From the NCBI GenBank assembly GCA_040757295.1, contig JBFLXH010000006.1, forward strand, positions 23,300 to 87,299: 64,000 nt of DNA, given 5' to 3'. Of this stretch, positions 45,642 to 55,677 are shown piece by piece. The notes beneath the pieces are model-generated. The model was given only the letters and a program-made list of their open reading frames with translations. It was not told the DNA's origin and searched no databases. The translations under genes were made by a program, and so were the position numbers. Every line of letters starts with the position of its first letter. Within the stretch, counting starts at the first letter, position 1. The DNA comes from Bacillota bacterium. Lineage in GTDB: Bacteria > Bacillota > PH28-bin88.

Positions 45642-48600
45642 ATGAATAGAAGAAATGTTATTGGAGTATGTATTGGGGCCTCCAATGTGAAGTTAATCAG
45701 CGGCTGTATTGATCACGGAAGGTTTCTTCCACTAAAACAGGTTATAAAAGCCCATGAGGGTAATGCGAGGCTGGTCTTGGAAGCCTTGTTGGCCGAGCAT
45801 GTTTTGCCGGGAGACCTGGTGGCGGTCACCGGGCGCAAACTGAAAGAACAGGTGCTTCTGCCGGCGCTGGCTGAACCGGAAGCCACGGAAGCAGCCTATT
45901 GGTTTTTACGGGATAAAACTCCGCCGGTAGAGGCAATTGTCAGCGCTGGGGGCGAAACCTTTATGGTATATGAGCTGGACAAAGCCGGGCGGATTGCTGC
46001 AGTTCATACAGGAAATAAATGTGCCTCCGGCACCGGCGAGTTCTTCCTGCAACAAGTCCGCCGGATGGATCTTGCCCCGGAAGATGCCCTATCGTTGGCT
46101 GACCTGGAACAACCTTATAAGGTCGCCGGACGGTGTTCTGTTTTCACCAAGAGTGACTGCACCCATGCCTTGAATAAAGGAGTGCCCAAGGGCCGGGTGG
46201 TAGCAGGACTATGCCGGATGATGGCGGCCAAGATTGCTGAGCTTTTAGCTAAAACCGGGGCCAAAGGGGTAATGGTTATTGGGGGGACGGCCCAGAACAG
46301 GGCGATGATTGAATACCTTCGAAGAGAAGGTTATGAAGTAATTCTCCCACAGTATGCTGAACTTTTTGAGGCCTTAGGGGCTGCTGTTTGGGCGGCGGTT
46401 AACAGTGAACCCTGGTCCGGAGGCAGCCTGTTTAAACCCAATGTCTCGTCTTTTAAATTTTTGGAGCCGCTGTCCACCCATCAACACCGGGTTAGTTTTA
46501 AAGAGCAACCTTGGGGGCAAGCTGCTCCCGTGGGGGAATATATTATTGGACTGGATGTGGGGTCGACAACAACGAAAGCCGTTTTAGTGGATGTAAAAGA
46601 GCGGGTCATTGTTGCCGGAACCTACCTCCGTACCAATGGCGACCCTGTTGCAGCCTCCCGGCAGTGTTACCGCGAACTAGCTGAACAGGTGCCAGCAGGG
46701 ATACGAATTATTGGCCTTGGCGTTACTGGTTCCGGCAGGCAGATTGCCGGTCTACATGCGCTGACCAGGGGGATAGTAAATGAAATAGTCGCCCATACAA
46801 CTGCTGCAGTATACTGGGACGCAGAGGTCGATACGATTTTCGAAATTGGCGGTCAGGACGCTAAATACACTTATATTAATAACGGGGTCCCTTCTGATTA
46901 TGCCATGAATGAGGCCTGTTCTGCCGGCACCGGTTCGTTCCTGGAAGAAGCCGCCCGCGAATCCCTGGACATGGCTACAGAGGAGATTTGCTTTCATGCC
47001 CTGCAGGGGGTCAAACCGCCGAATTTCAATGACCAGTGTGCGGCATTTATCAGTAGCGACGTAAAGACGGCTATCCAGGAAGGCCTCGCCGGTGATGATA
47101 TTGCTGCCGGCCTGGTATACTCAATTTGTCTGAACTACATTAACCGGGTTAAAGGTAGCAGGCCTGTTGGACGGAAGATTTTCATGCAGGGCGGTGTCTG
47201 TTACAATAGGGCGGTGCCTGTGGCTATGGCTGCCATTACGGGGAGAGAAATAATTGTTCCACCGGATCCAGGCTTGATGGGGGCTTTTGGAGTGGCCTTG
47301 GAGGTCTTGCGCAAGTTGGAAGAGGGGCTCCTGTCCCGGAGTTCTTATGACCTGGCGGAATTGGCGGCCAGGCCAGTGGAGTACGGGCAGCCTTTCGTTT
47401 GCGGTGGGGGTAGGGAAAAGTGCGACCGGAAATGCACCATCGCCCGCATCAAAATTGCTGGCAAGTCCTACCCCTTTGGCGGCGCCTGCAATAAATACTA
47501 CAATGAACGAATGCAGCTTAACCACGATGGTTCTGCCCTGGATTTGGTTGTCAGGCGGCAGCGGCTGCTTTTCGACCGGCCAACAATCCCTGCCAAGCCC
47601 AATGGCCTGCGGGTAGGAATTAGCTCTTCCCTGATGACTAACAATCTTTATCCGTTTTACCACGCTTTTTTTACTACTTTGGGCTTTGAAATTGTGCTGG
47701 CGGATGAGCCCGATGCGGATGGCCTCGAGCGGCGCGGAGCCGCTTTTTGCCATCCAGTGGATTTAGCCCATGGCTTTATGTTGAACCTGATCCGCAAAAA
47801 GCCCGATTATATCTTCTTGCCTCATGTTCAGGGATTACCGGTAGTTAACGGTATTCATGCTACTGCTACCTGTCCCTTTGTCCAAGCTGAGCCTTATATT
47901 TTAAATACTGCCTTCCAAGAAGACCTAAAAGGCATCAAGGTCCTGGCACCGGTCCTGGCTATGCTTAATAGCTATGAGGATTGTGAAAAGGATATGGTTA
48001 AACTGGGCTTGCGGCTGGGAGCTGGACGGCGTGCGGCTAAGGAGGCTTTTGCCGCTGCGGTTTTTGCGCAAAAGGAGTTTAATCGAGAGTTAAAACGGTT
48101 GGGGACGGAGGCATTGGTAGAGTTAGAACAAGGCAACCATTCCCTTGGCGTAGTCCTTTTTGGACGCTCCTACAATGCTTTTGCCAGCGTGGCTAACATG
48201 GGGATCCCCCACAAATTTGCTACCAGGGGGGTAATGATCATCCCTCACGATATGCTGGACTTGGAACAGGAAGAACCAATACCCAAAATGTACTGGTCAA
48301 CAGGGATGGGCATCCTGAAAGCGGCCAAGTTAGTAAAAGCCCATCCCAAACTATTCGGAGCTTATATCACCAGCTTCAGTTGCGGCCCCGACTCCTTTGT
48401 GATTAATTACTTCCGAGAAATCATGGGTGAAAAACCATCTTTGACCCTGGAACTAGATGCCCATACGGCAGATGCAGGGGTAGATACCCGGGTGGAGGCG
48501 TTTCTGGACGTAGCCGGGAGTTATTTGACCAAAGCCCGCCGGCCGCTTCAGGACAAGCAGGACTTTCAGCCTGCTGTCATGGTGCAGGAAGGAGAGAGCT

Positions 48601-49934
48601 GGTTTGTCCGCTTGGGTTTAGGGGAACATTTGAAGCTGACAGACCCCCGGGTGAAGCTGATAATACCTTCTATGGGGGATTATGCTTCAAGGCTGATAGC
48701 CGCGGCTTTCCGCTATTGCGGCATTAGGGCCGAGGCCTTACCCGCTCCTGCCGATGCCGAGTTGCAATGGGGGAAAAACCATGCCACCTGTAAAGAGTGC
48801 CTGCCATTGATGCTGACCGTTGGTTCCTTATTGAGATACCTGGACCGGAGGGAGCCTGGTGAGGTAACGGTTTATTTTATGCCGGAGACCGACGGACCCT
48901 GCCGCTTTGGGCAGTATAATGTCCTGATATCCATGTTGATTAATAAACTACAGTTGCCAAATGTGGCCATGCTGTCTCTGACTTCCGAAAACGGTTACGC
49001 CGGTTTGGGCAACAAATTCACCCAAAGGGCGTTTATTGCCTCTGTTGTGGCTGATGTGATGGAAGAAATCCGGGCCGCAGTCTTGACTTTATCCCGGCAG
49101 AAGGATTACGGCTTGCGGATTTATTCCGATGCCGAGAAAATCATTGAAGAAGCTATAGCTACCACGGAGTGGGACCAACTGGTCAAGGTACTGCAAATTG
49201 CGGCACACCTCTTGGCCAGAATCCCCCTCCACAAGCCCCTGGCGGAAGCAGTGAAAGTGGCTTTAATCGGGGAGATTTATGTGCGCCGTGATGGTTTTTC
49301 CCGGCGCTACCTGGTTGAGCAGCTGGCGGAAAAGGGTTTAGTAGCCCTTACTGCTCCGGTAACCGAATGGATTTACTACAGCGATTACTGTGCTGCTCAT
49401 GGTCTCAGCACCCAAAGCACCACAACCTTAAAGCTAAAGACAAAGCTCAAATCTCTGTTCATGGTCCACTATGAGAAAAACGTCAAACAGGCCTTGGCGG
49501 CTTCCGGGCTGTACGAGTATCATTTGATCGATGTGGAACATCTGATGCAGATAGGTTCACATTATATCAATCCCAAATTAACCGGTGAGACTATCCTGAC
49601 CTTGGCGTCAGCTCTGGCTGAAATCATTGATAAGGTGGATGGGGTTGTGGCCATCGGTCCTTTTGGCTGCATGCCTTCCCGCATTGCCGAGGCCATGATC
49701 AACCAGACTATTAACAGGGATAAGCTGGGGATCACTCAAAACCAGGAATTAATCAAGAAAGTGATTGCAGAGCATCCCCGTTTGCCCTTCCTAAGTATTG
49801 AAAGCGACGGCAATCCTTTTCCACCGGTTATCGAGGCCCGCCTGGAAAGCTTTGTCTTGCAGGCTAAAAGGCTGCATCATACTATGGTTGAGACAAGTAA
49901 AACTTCTTCGGAATTGGCTTATGATATCAGTTAA
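45642..49934 (+). CDS. giant acyl-CoA dehydratase activase-related protein (two BcrAD/BadFG-type ATPase domains + DUF2229-like region)
   Basis: 1430-aa ORF with two ASKHA/BadF-type ATPase modules (VIGVCIGASNVK...; IGLDVGSTTTKAVL...EIGGQDAKY...NEACSAGTGSF). A long C-terminal region follows, typical of 'CoA-substrate-specific enzyme activase' fusions. Confidence 0.85.
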   Translation: MNRRNVIGVCIGASNVKLISGCIDHGRFLPLKQVIKAHEGNARLVLEALLAEHVLPGDLVAVTGRKLKEQVLLPALAEPEATEAAYWFLRDKTPPVEAIVSAGGETFMVYELDKAGRIAAVHTGNKCASGTGEFFLQQVRRMDLAPEDALSLADLEQPYKVAGRCSVFTKSDCTHALNKGVPKGRVVAGLCRMMAAKIAELLAKTGAKGVMVIGGTAQNRAMIEYLRREGYEVILPQYAELFEALGAAVWAAVNSEPWSGGSLFKPNVSSFKFLEPLSTHQHRVSFKEQPWGQAAPVGEYIIGLDVGSTTTKAVLVDVKERVIVAGTYLRTNGDPVAASRQCYRELAEQVPAGIRIIGLGVTGSGRQIAGLHALTRGIVNEIVAHTTAAVYWDAEVDTIFEIGGQDAKYTYINNGVPSDYAMNEACSAGTGSFLEEAARESLDMATEEICFHALQGVKPPNFNDQCAAFISSDVKTAIQEGLAGDDIAAGLVYSICLNYINRVKGSRPVGRKIFMQGGVCYNRAVPVAMAAITGREIIVPPDPGLMGAFGVALEVLRKLEEGLLSRSSYDLAELAARPVEYGQPFVCGGGREKCDRKCTIARIKIAGKSYPFGGACNKYYNERMQLNHDGSALDLVVRRQRLLFDRPTIPAKPNGLRVGISSSLMTNNLYPFYHAFFTTLGFEIVLADEPDADGLERRGAAFCHPVDLAHGFMLNLIRKKPDYIFLPHVQGLPVVNGIHATATCPFVQAEPYILNTAFQEDLKGIKVLAPVLAMLNSYEDCEKDMVKLGLRLGAGRRAAKEAFAAAVFAQKEFNRELKRLGTEALVELEQGNHSLGVVLFGRSYNAFASVANMGIPHKFATRGVMIIPHDMLDLEQEEPIPKMYWSTGMGILKAAKLVKAHPKLFGAYITSFSCGPDSFVINYFREIMGEKPSLTLELDAHTADAGVDTRVEAFLDVAGSYLTKARRPLQDKQDFQPAVMVQEGESWFVRLGLGEHLKLTDPRVKLIIPSMGDYASRLIAAAFRYCGIRAEALPAPADAELQWGKNHATCKECLPLMLTVGSLLRYLDRREPGEVTVYFMPETDGPCRFGQYNVLISMLINKLQLPNVAMLSLTSENGYAGLGNKFTQRAFIASVVADVMEEIRAAVLTLSRQKDYGLRIYSDAEKIIEEAIATTEWDQLVKVLQIAAHLLARIPLHKPLAEAVKVALIGEIYVRRDGFSRRYLVEQLAEKGLVALTAPVTEWIYYSDYCAAHGLSTQSTTTLKLKTKLKSLFMVHYEKNVKQALAASGLYEYHLIDVEHLMQIGSHYINPKLTGETILTLASALAEIIDKVDGVVAIGPFGCMPSRIAEAMINQTINRDKLGITQNQELIKKVIAEHPRLPFLSIESDGNPFPPVIEARLESFVLQAKRLHHTMVETSKTSSELAYDIS

Positions 49935-51031
49935 TGGTCAAAAAGCTGGGCTATTAGGACAATTAAAGGCAGAGAAGCCTTAATCGCCAGAACCCGCACT
50001 AAATGGAGCAAACTTACTTTGAAAGAATCGGCGCCATAGGCTTCGGCAACTGCCACCATGGCGCTAACACCTCCTGGAGCGGTTGAACAGATACAGGTGC
50101 TGTAATCCCAATTGGTAGTCCGCTGGTAGTACTTGGCTAAAAGTAAAGCGGCCAAAAATAGGATTAGGGTGTTTATTATAATTGCAGGGTACAGAGCCCC
50201 TAGATTCCCAAGGAGGTCGCCGCTAAAGGATTGGCCTAAAATGAGACCTAGGCCTACCAAGGATAGGTTCAATAAAAATTTTGGGGGCAGCTGGATGGGA
50301 TAGCCTTTGAAGGTAAGGATGATCACGGAAGCCATTGCTCCGAACATCCAGCCAGCGGGAAAATTTATTTTATAGAAAAGATAGGCCCCTGCCGTAGTGA
50401 CGCTAAGGGTTACTAATAGGCGGCCAAATTCCATGGATTTGGTCTCTTCCCAGTTTTTTCTGAGATAAGAATTGGTCTGTAGGGGATTATAACCTCTTAA
50501 CTTCATTTTTTTGCCCCTCTGCTGTAGAAGCAAGGGGAAAAAGATGAGAGTGGCAAATAATCGGACAACCTGCAGTATCGTTACAGTAGCAACATCTGCG
50601 CCTGTGGCAACAGCGATTATTCCAACTTCTGCTGCTCCACCCGGGCTGGTCCCCAGAACGGCTGTGAGGAAGGACATGCTCGTCATCCGTGTAAGTAAAT
50701 AACCGAGGCCGAAGGTAATGAACAGAGCCCACCACAGCATGAGGAGGGCTGGTCTCAGGAGAGATTTTATTCCTTCAATTTCCTCCTGCCTAACCTTGCC
50801 TCCCAGGTAAAGGCCTAAGGCAACCTGTAGCATTGGGCTAAGGAATTCCGGCGCTTCTGGGAGGGAAAATCCCGCTAAATTCAACACTGCTACTGCTGCA
50901 ATCGGGCCTAGCATGGCGGCTGAAGATACATTCAACAATAAAAACAAAAACCAGCCGAGAATACCCGCTGAAAACAACAATAATAGTCCTTCCAATTGAG
51001 GCCATCTCCACTCAAAGCTGTATTGAAACAA
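49931..51031 (-). CDS. AbrB-duplication family membrane protein (putative transporter/regulator)
   Basis: 366-aa polytopic ORF with an internal duplication pattern (two GWxFGAM/LGPI-like halves). Its stop overlaps the convergent 1430-aa gene by 4 nt. Confidence 0.7.
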   Translation of the reverse strand: MFQYSFEWRWPQLEGLLLLFSAGILGWFLFLLLNVSSAAMLGPIAAVAVLNLAGFSLPEAPEFLSPMLQVALGLYLGGKVRQEEIEGIKSLLRPALLMLWWALFITFGLGYLLTRMTSMSFLTAVLGTSPGGAAEVGIIAVATGADVATVTILQVVRLFATLIFFPLLLQQRGKKMKLRGYNPLQTNSYLRKNWEETKSMEFGRLLVTLSVTTAGAYLFYKINFPAGWMFGAMASVIILTFKGYPIQLPPKFLLNLSLVGLGLILGQSFSGDLLGNLGALYPAIIINTLILFLAALLLAKYYQRTTNWDYSTCICSTAPGGVSAMVAVAEAYGADSFKVSLLHLVRVLAIKASLPLIVLIAQLFDH

Positions 51032-51318
51032 TACCTATTGTACCAAATGAATTTTTCTTTTTCAGCTACTGGTTTTCCTGCTTGGGTATTGCTGATCAAT
51101 GAATATCTAGTTAACAATAACAGAAAAGATCGCCTCTTTTTTTGGGGGGCTGTAACCCAGGGTCCTGCTCCGGACTTTTTTTTCACCAAATCAAAAACAA
51201 TGAGAAGGAATGGTTAAAAAAAGGAGAATTAGGCGTTCAAGTAGCCTGAAACGCTGTATATTAGCATAATTCAGGCAATAACCCTAGGTGTCTTGGAAAC
51301 AATAGGAGGCCAAAGCCT

Positions 51319-51600
51319 TCAGGTTATTTTTTTTAACTGCCCGCCCGGCGCCCGGGCTGTCCAACCGGGAGAAAATCGCCCGGATCCACCGGGCGATGGA
51401 ACCGGGCTTCCTGGCAGATTTGCTGCAGGATATGCTGCTGAAATAAGCGTTTCTAAGGGGTATAACTGCAAAAAAGCTTCCTTGGTTTCGGTTAGTGGCT
51501 GGGTCTTTTCAGCGGCCTCAAAAAGGATCTCAATTAAACCCACCCGGGGGGCGCCCAGCCCCCCGGCAGTTATTGGGTTATCAAAAATACTGCTTGTCAT
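51319..51600 (-). CDS. hypothetical small protein downstream of the TPP enzyme (questionable; the 3' half lies in a GC-rich patch that reads open on both strands)
   Basis: 93-aa ORF with an RBS-like AAAGG. I recognise no family, and the C-terminal Pro/Gly-rich tail looks non-native. Confidence 0.3.
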   Translation of the reverse strand: MTSSIFDNPITAGGLGAPRVGLIEILFEAAEKTQPLTETKEAFLQLYPLETLISAAYPAANLPGSPVPSPGGSGRFSPGWTARAPGGQLKKIT

Positions 51601-51618
51601 CCTTTGTCTCTCCCTGGG

Positions 51619-53433
51619 TTATTTAATTACCTTCTTTTGCCCAAAGGTGGGTTCGGCCGCTGGAATGGGTGGCATTTGCCAGGTACTGATCAAGGGAACA
51701 GGGGTATCCCTGTTGATAATTACATCCAAAACAGTTGGTTTGCCCGATTTTAAAGCTGCTTCATAGGCGGGACCGAAGTCTGCCGGTTTTTCAATCCGGA
51801 TCCCCTCGCCGCCCATTGAGCGGGCCATGGCAGCAAAGTCTGGGTTCCAAAGTTCACCGGTTTTGGCCTTCTTAAAGCTGGTGCCGATTTCCCGCCCGTC
51901 CAGGTAGAAGCGCTGCAGGTCCCTGATACAGCCGATGCTGTAATTATTTAAAACTACCCATACTGCAGGGAGGTCATACTCAACTGCGGTGGCCACTGCA
52001 TGGGGCATCATGATGAAACCTCCATCACTGCAGACGTTCACGCAGGGAGTATCCGGCCGGGCCAGTTTCGCGCCGAGGACGCCGCAAACCCCGAAGCCCA
52101 TGGCGGCATAGCCACCGGCAGTCAGGTGGGTAAAAGGCTTGGGGGTGCCCCAATACTGTTCCACCCAGGCCTGGTGATTACCAACATCAGAAACCAGAAT
52201 GGTCTCCGGAGGTGAGATTTTCCGCATGTCGCCGAGCACCCGGCGGGGATCGATGGGGGTCTCGTCGGAGGAGAGGTGCGGGGTGATAAAATCCCTCCAC
52301 TCCTGCTGGTAGCCCTTTACTTCCTCCAGCCACGGGTAGTCCTCCCGCGGCGGCGTTTTCTCGGCGGCGGCTTTAATCAACTGCTGTAGGACCACCTTGG
52401 CGTCTCCGATGATGCCCAGTTCCACGGGATAGTTCCGCCCGATCTCAGCGGTATCAATGTCTACCTGGATCAGCTTGGTTGGCGGGATATTGTAGGCATA
52501 GCCGGGCAGCCAGGAGGCGGTATGCAGGTCAGAGAAGCGGCAGCCCAGGGCCAGGATCACGTCGGCATTGCGAGCAGCCTCCACCGCCGGGTAATACCCC
52601 CAGCAGCCCGTTACGCCCAGGTACAGGGGGTCATCTTCGGGCATTGCTCCTTTGCCCATCAGGGAGGTGTAAACAGGGATCTGCAGGTAATCGGCCAGCT
52701 CTTTCAGTTCGGCAGTGGCCTCTGATACCAGCACGCCGCCCCCGGCCAGGATCAGAGGCCGCTTGGCCTTAAGCAGCAGCTCCAGCGCTTTGTCAATTGC
52801 TGCAGGTTCGGCTCCAGTGCGCCAGTTGATGGGGCGGGACCAGTTGGCAGGTTCGGGGATTTCCACCTGGGCTTTTTCAATATAGAGATCATACGGGACA
52901 TTAATGTGCACCGGCCCGGGGCGACCGGTAGTCATCAATTTAAACGCCTTGGGCAAAAACTTGGCCAGGTGTTCCACCTTTTGCACCTGCCAGCTGTGCT
53001 TGGTGTAGCTCTGCAGCACGGAGGGAAAGTCGGCCGGGTAATACCGGTAGGGTTCCTGCAGGGCGCCGGTGTCGTACTGGTCCATGGTTACTTGCCCTGT
53101 GATTAATAGGAAGGCGGATGAGTCAAAAAAGGCGTTGGCAACAGCGATGGCCATGTTGGCCGCTCCGGGACCGGTAGAAGTAAATACCGCCAGGGGTTTT
53201 TTAGTTAGGCGGAAATAAACATCGGCCATAAAACCGCTGGCCTGTTCAATTCTAGGCCAGATTAGCTGGATCTCATCAGTTCTGTCGTAAATTCCATCCA
53301 ATAAACCGATGGCGCCGTGTCCGGCATAACCGATGATGTAGGGCACCTTTTCCCTGATCAAGTACTCGGCAACAATTTCGCAACCCCTGTACTCTCCTGC
53401 CTCGCCCGGTCGTCTGATAGAAGTAGATGCCAA
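51619..53433 (-). CDS. thiamine-pyrophosphate-dependent enzyme (acetolactate synthase/benzoylformate decarboxylase superfamily), substrate unknown
   Basis: N-terminal PYR domain (TSTGPGAANM) and C-terminal TPP motif (CSDGGFIMM...NN). The start is re-assigned to TTG 53433, which follows an AAGGAGG RBS. The track ATG at 53487 lies inside the -12 element of the sigma-54 promoter. Confidence 0.88.
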   Translation of the reverse strand: MASTSIRRPGEAGEYRGCEIVAEYLIREKVPYIIGYAGHGAIGLLDGIYDRTDEIQLIWPRIEQASGFMADVYFRLTKKPLAVFTSTGPGAANMAIAVANAFFDSSAFLLITGQVTMDQYDTGALQEPYRYYPADFPSVLQSYTKHSWQVQKVEHLAKFLPKAFKLMTTGRPGPVHINVPYDLYIEKAQVEIPEPANWSRPINWRTGAEPAAIDKALELLLKAKRPLILAGGGVLVSEATAELKELADYLQIPVYTSLMGKGAMPEDDPLYLGVTGCWGYYPAVEAARNADVILALGCRFSDLHTASWLPGYAYNIPPTKLIQVDIDTAEIGRNYPVELGIIGDAKVVLQQLIKAAAEKTPPREDYPWLEEVKGYQQEWRDFITPHLSSDETPIDPRRVLGDMRKISPPETILVSDVGNHQAWVEQYWGTPKPFTHLTAGGYAAMGFGVCGVLGAKLARPDTPCVNVCSDGGFIMMPHAVATAVEYDLPAVWVVLNNYSIGCIRDLQRFYLDGREIGTSFKKAKTGELWNPDFAAMARSMGGEGIRIEKPADFGPAYEAALKSGKPTVLDVIINRDTPVPLISTWQMPPIPAAEPTFGQKKVIK

Positions 53434-53479
53434 GGCAATAACCTCCTTTAATAGATTTTTTTGGCTGCCGAGCAGATAA

Positions 53480-53494
53480 GCAAGCATTATGCCA
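53480..53494 (-). promoter_or_regulatory. sigma-54 (-24/-12) promoter of the TPP-enzyme gene
   Basis: The minus strand reads TGGCATAATGCTTGC with exact GG-N10-GC spacing. It lies 47 nt upstream of the TTG start. Confidence 0.75.
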
Positions 53495-53676
53495 ACCCGG
53501 TGAAAACAGGACGGAGGCTTGATGCAGAAACCATTAATAAGAGGTGGGCGGTGGCGAATTGATAGGTGATGCGGCCAGTTTGTTTCAAAATAATACAGAG
53601 GGCAGCTTGGGCAGAGGCATCAACCGGAAGATATGCCAAAATATTCAGGAAAATAATCTTGTAGCATAATGAAACA

Positions 53677-55677
53677 TCATGTTCCTGATTGGTATGGCTG
53701 CCGGAGAAGCTGGGCGAGGAAAGCCTCCAGGCCGTATTTTTTTATTTTGCGGTAAAGGGTGGTGCGCCCAATGCCCAAGACCTTGGCTGCTTGACTCAAA
53801 TTGCCGCTGTTCACCCGGATGGCTTCGCGGATAGAATCTTTTTCCAGATCGCTGAGGGATAGGCCCATGGATTTTGGCGGGGAGGGGGAATGCCGTTCCC
53901 CCAGAATTGTCATAACCGTTTCCCGCTGGATAGGGCCATCGGGGACAAGATAAGCAAGCCGCTGGACGGCATTTTCCAGTTCCCGGACATTGCCGGGCCA
54001 GGAGTAGGATTCAAGGCATGCCAGGGACGTTGTGGAAAAATAAAGTCTTTTGCCCAGCCGGTGACTCATTTTTTCCAGGAAGTGTCTGGCCAGCAGGGTG
54101 ATGTCACCGGCACGCTCCCTTAAGGGAGGGACATGGATGGGAAATACATTCAGGCGGTAATACAGGTCCTGGCGGAAATTGCCCCGGGAAACCTCCTGGC
54201 TCAAGTTTTTGTTGGTGGCTGTAATAATCCGCACATCTACGGGAATAACCTGACTCCCGCCGATGCGGATCAACTGCCGGTCTTGAATAAAGCGCAAGAG
54301 GGCTGCCTGTAGGTCTAGAGGCATATCCCCGATTTCATCCAAGAAAATGGTGCCGCCATCCGCCAGTTCGAATTTGCCTGGGGAACCCTGATGTTTAGCA
54401 CCGGTAAAGGCCCCCTCAGTGTAACCAAACATTTCGCTGCCGATCAGGTCTTTGGGGATAGCTCCGCAGTTAATGGCCACAAAAGGACCTTCTGTTCTCG
54501 AGCTGGCATTGTGAATGGCCTGGGCCAGCAGTTCCTTGCCGGTGCCGCTTTCTCCCAGAATAAGGATGTTTAAGGAATTTTCGGCAGCCAGTTTGGCCAG
54601 GGCCATGGTCTGGCGCATGGTTTTGCTTTGAGCCAGGATATCATCGAAGGTGAACAGGGCCCGGGCCCCGATCATGCGCTGCACCAGGCGGCGGACTGTC
54701 TTTATTTCCTGAATAGTGGCAACCGCGCCGGCAATGGAGGAGCCTTCTTTGCTGATTGGTTTAACCGCAACAGTGCAGTGCACTCTTTTTCCGGCTTCTT
54801 CGATAGATACTTCCTTGTCAATATATTCTCGGCCTTTTTGGAGCACTTCTTTTATTTTTAGTTGTTCCGCAAGAGAAGCGGGAAGGGGGCGGGTCAGAAC
54901 CTGCTCAGGCGGGAGGCTGAACAACCTGGCGGCAACTGAATTAATTTCAACGACTTGGCCTTGCTGGTTAACCGTTATTACCCCGTCAGACATGGATTCC
55001 AATACCGCGCGAAGGTATTTATTGCTGAGGGCTAGGCTGGCGGAAATTTGCTGGTTTTTCAGCTGATGTTCTATCGCCTGAGCAGCGGCCACTACCATCC
55101 CCAGGGTATGGGGATGGACCTTTAAAAAGTGGCCCGACATGTTAAGGATAGCTATTTGATCCCCCTGAGGGGCACGGATTGGAGCTGCGGAACAGGTCCA
55201 ATCGTGACACGGTTTACAGTAGTGCTCAACTGAGCAGACTTGAACAGGTTGGCCGGTTTCCAATGCAACCCCAATGGCTGTAGTTCCCATATAGGCTTCT
55301 GCCCAATTCACTCCTGGAACCAGATTAATATTGTCCGCTTCGTTTAAAACTTCGGCATCCCCCAGGAGTTCCAGCAGATTCCCTTGGGCATCGCATAGGG
55401 TGACCACAAAACCGGAGCCTGCTACCAGCCGGAACAGGCTTTCCATAAACGGTTTGGCAGTTAATATCAGGTTCTGGTGACGGACGATAGTAGCAGCTAA
55501 GACGGCCGGCGGTAATTTCTTCAGTTGGGGTTGATAGGGGTTGACCTTCAACATGGCGCATCTTTCCCAGGAGGCCAGGATCACAGGGCGGACGTGAGCT
55601 GAGGTAATCTTCCGCTGTTCGATAAAACAATGCCATGCATGCAATAACTGCTGCCGGTCATTAGTGACATTCTGCAT
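53677..55677 (-). CDS. sigma-54-dependent activator, AcoR/PrpR-like (GAF-PAS-AAA+-HTH)
   Basis: 666-aa ORF with an N-terminal GAF-like sensor, a PAS domain, an AAA+ domain (GESGTGKE, GAFTGA loop TEGAFTGA) and a C-terminal Fis-type HTH. Confidence 0.92.
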   Translation of the reverse strand: MQNVTNDRQQLLHAWHCFIEQRKITSAHVRPVILASWERCAMLKVNPYQPQLKKLPPAVLAATIVRHQNLILTAKPFMESLFRLVAGSGFVVTLCDAQGNLLELLGDAEVLNEADNINLVPGVNWAEAYMGTTAIGVALETGQPVQVCSVEHYCKPCHDWTCSAAPIRAPQGDQIAILNMSGHFLKVHPHTLGMVVAAAQAIEHQLKNQQISASLALSNKYLRAVLESMSDGVITVNQQGQVVEINSVAARLFSLPPEQVLTRPLPASLAEQLKIKEVLQKGREYIDKEVSIEEAGKRVHCTVAVKPISKEGSSIAGAVATIQEIKTVRRLVQRMIGARALFTFDDILAQSKTMRQTMALAKLAAENSLNILILGESGTGKELLAQAIHNASSRTEGPFVAINCGAIPKDLIGSEMFGYTEGAFTGAKHQGSPGKFELADGGTIFLDEIGDMPLDLQAALLRFIQDRQLIRIGGSQVIPVDVRIITATNKNLSQEVSRGNFRQDLYYRLNVFPIHVPPLRERAGDITLLARHFLEKMSHRLGKRLYFSTTSLACLESYSWPGNVRELENAVQRLAYLVPDGPIQRETVMTILGERHSPSPPKSMGLSLSDLEKDSIREAIRVNSGNLSQAAKVLGIGRTTLYRKIKKYGLEAFLAQLLRQPYQSGT

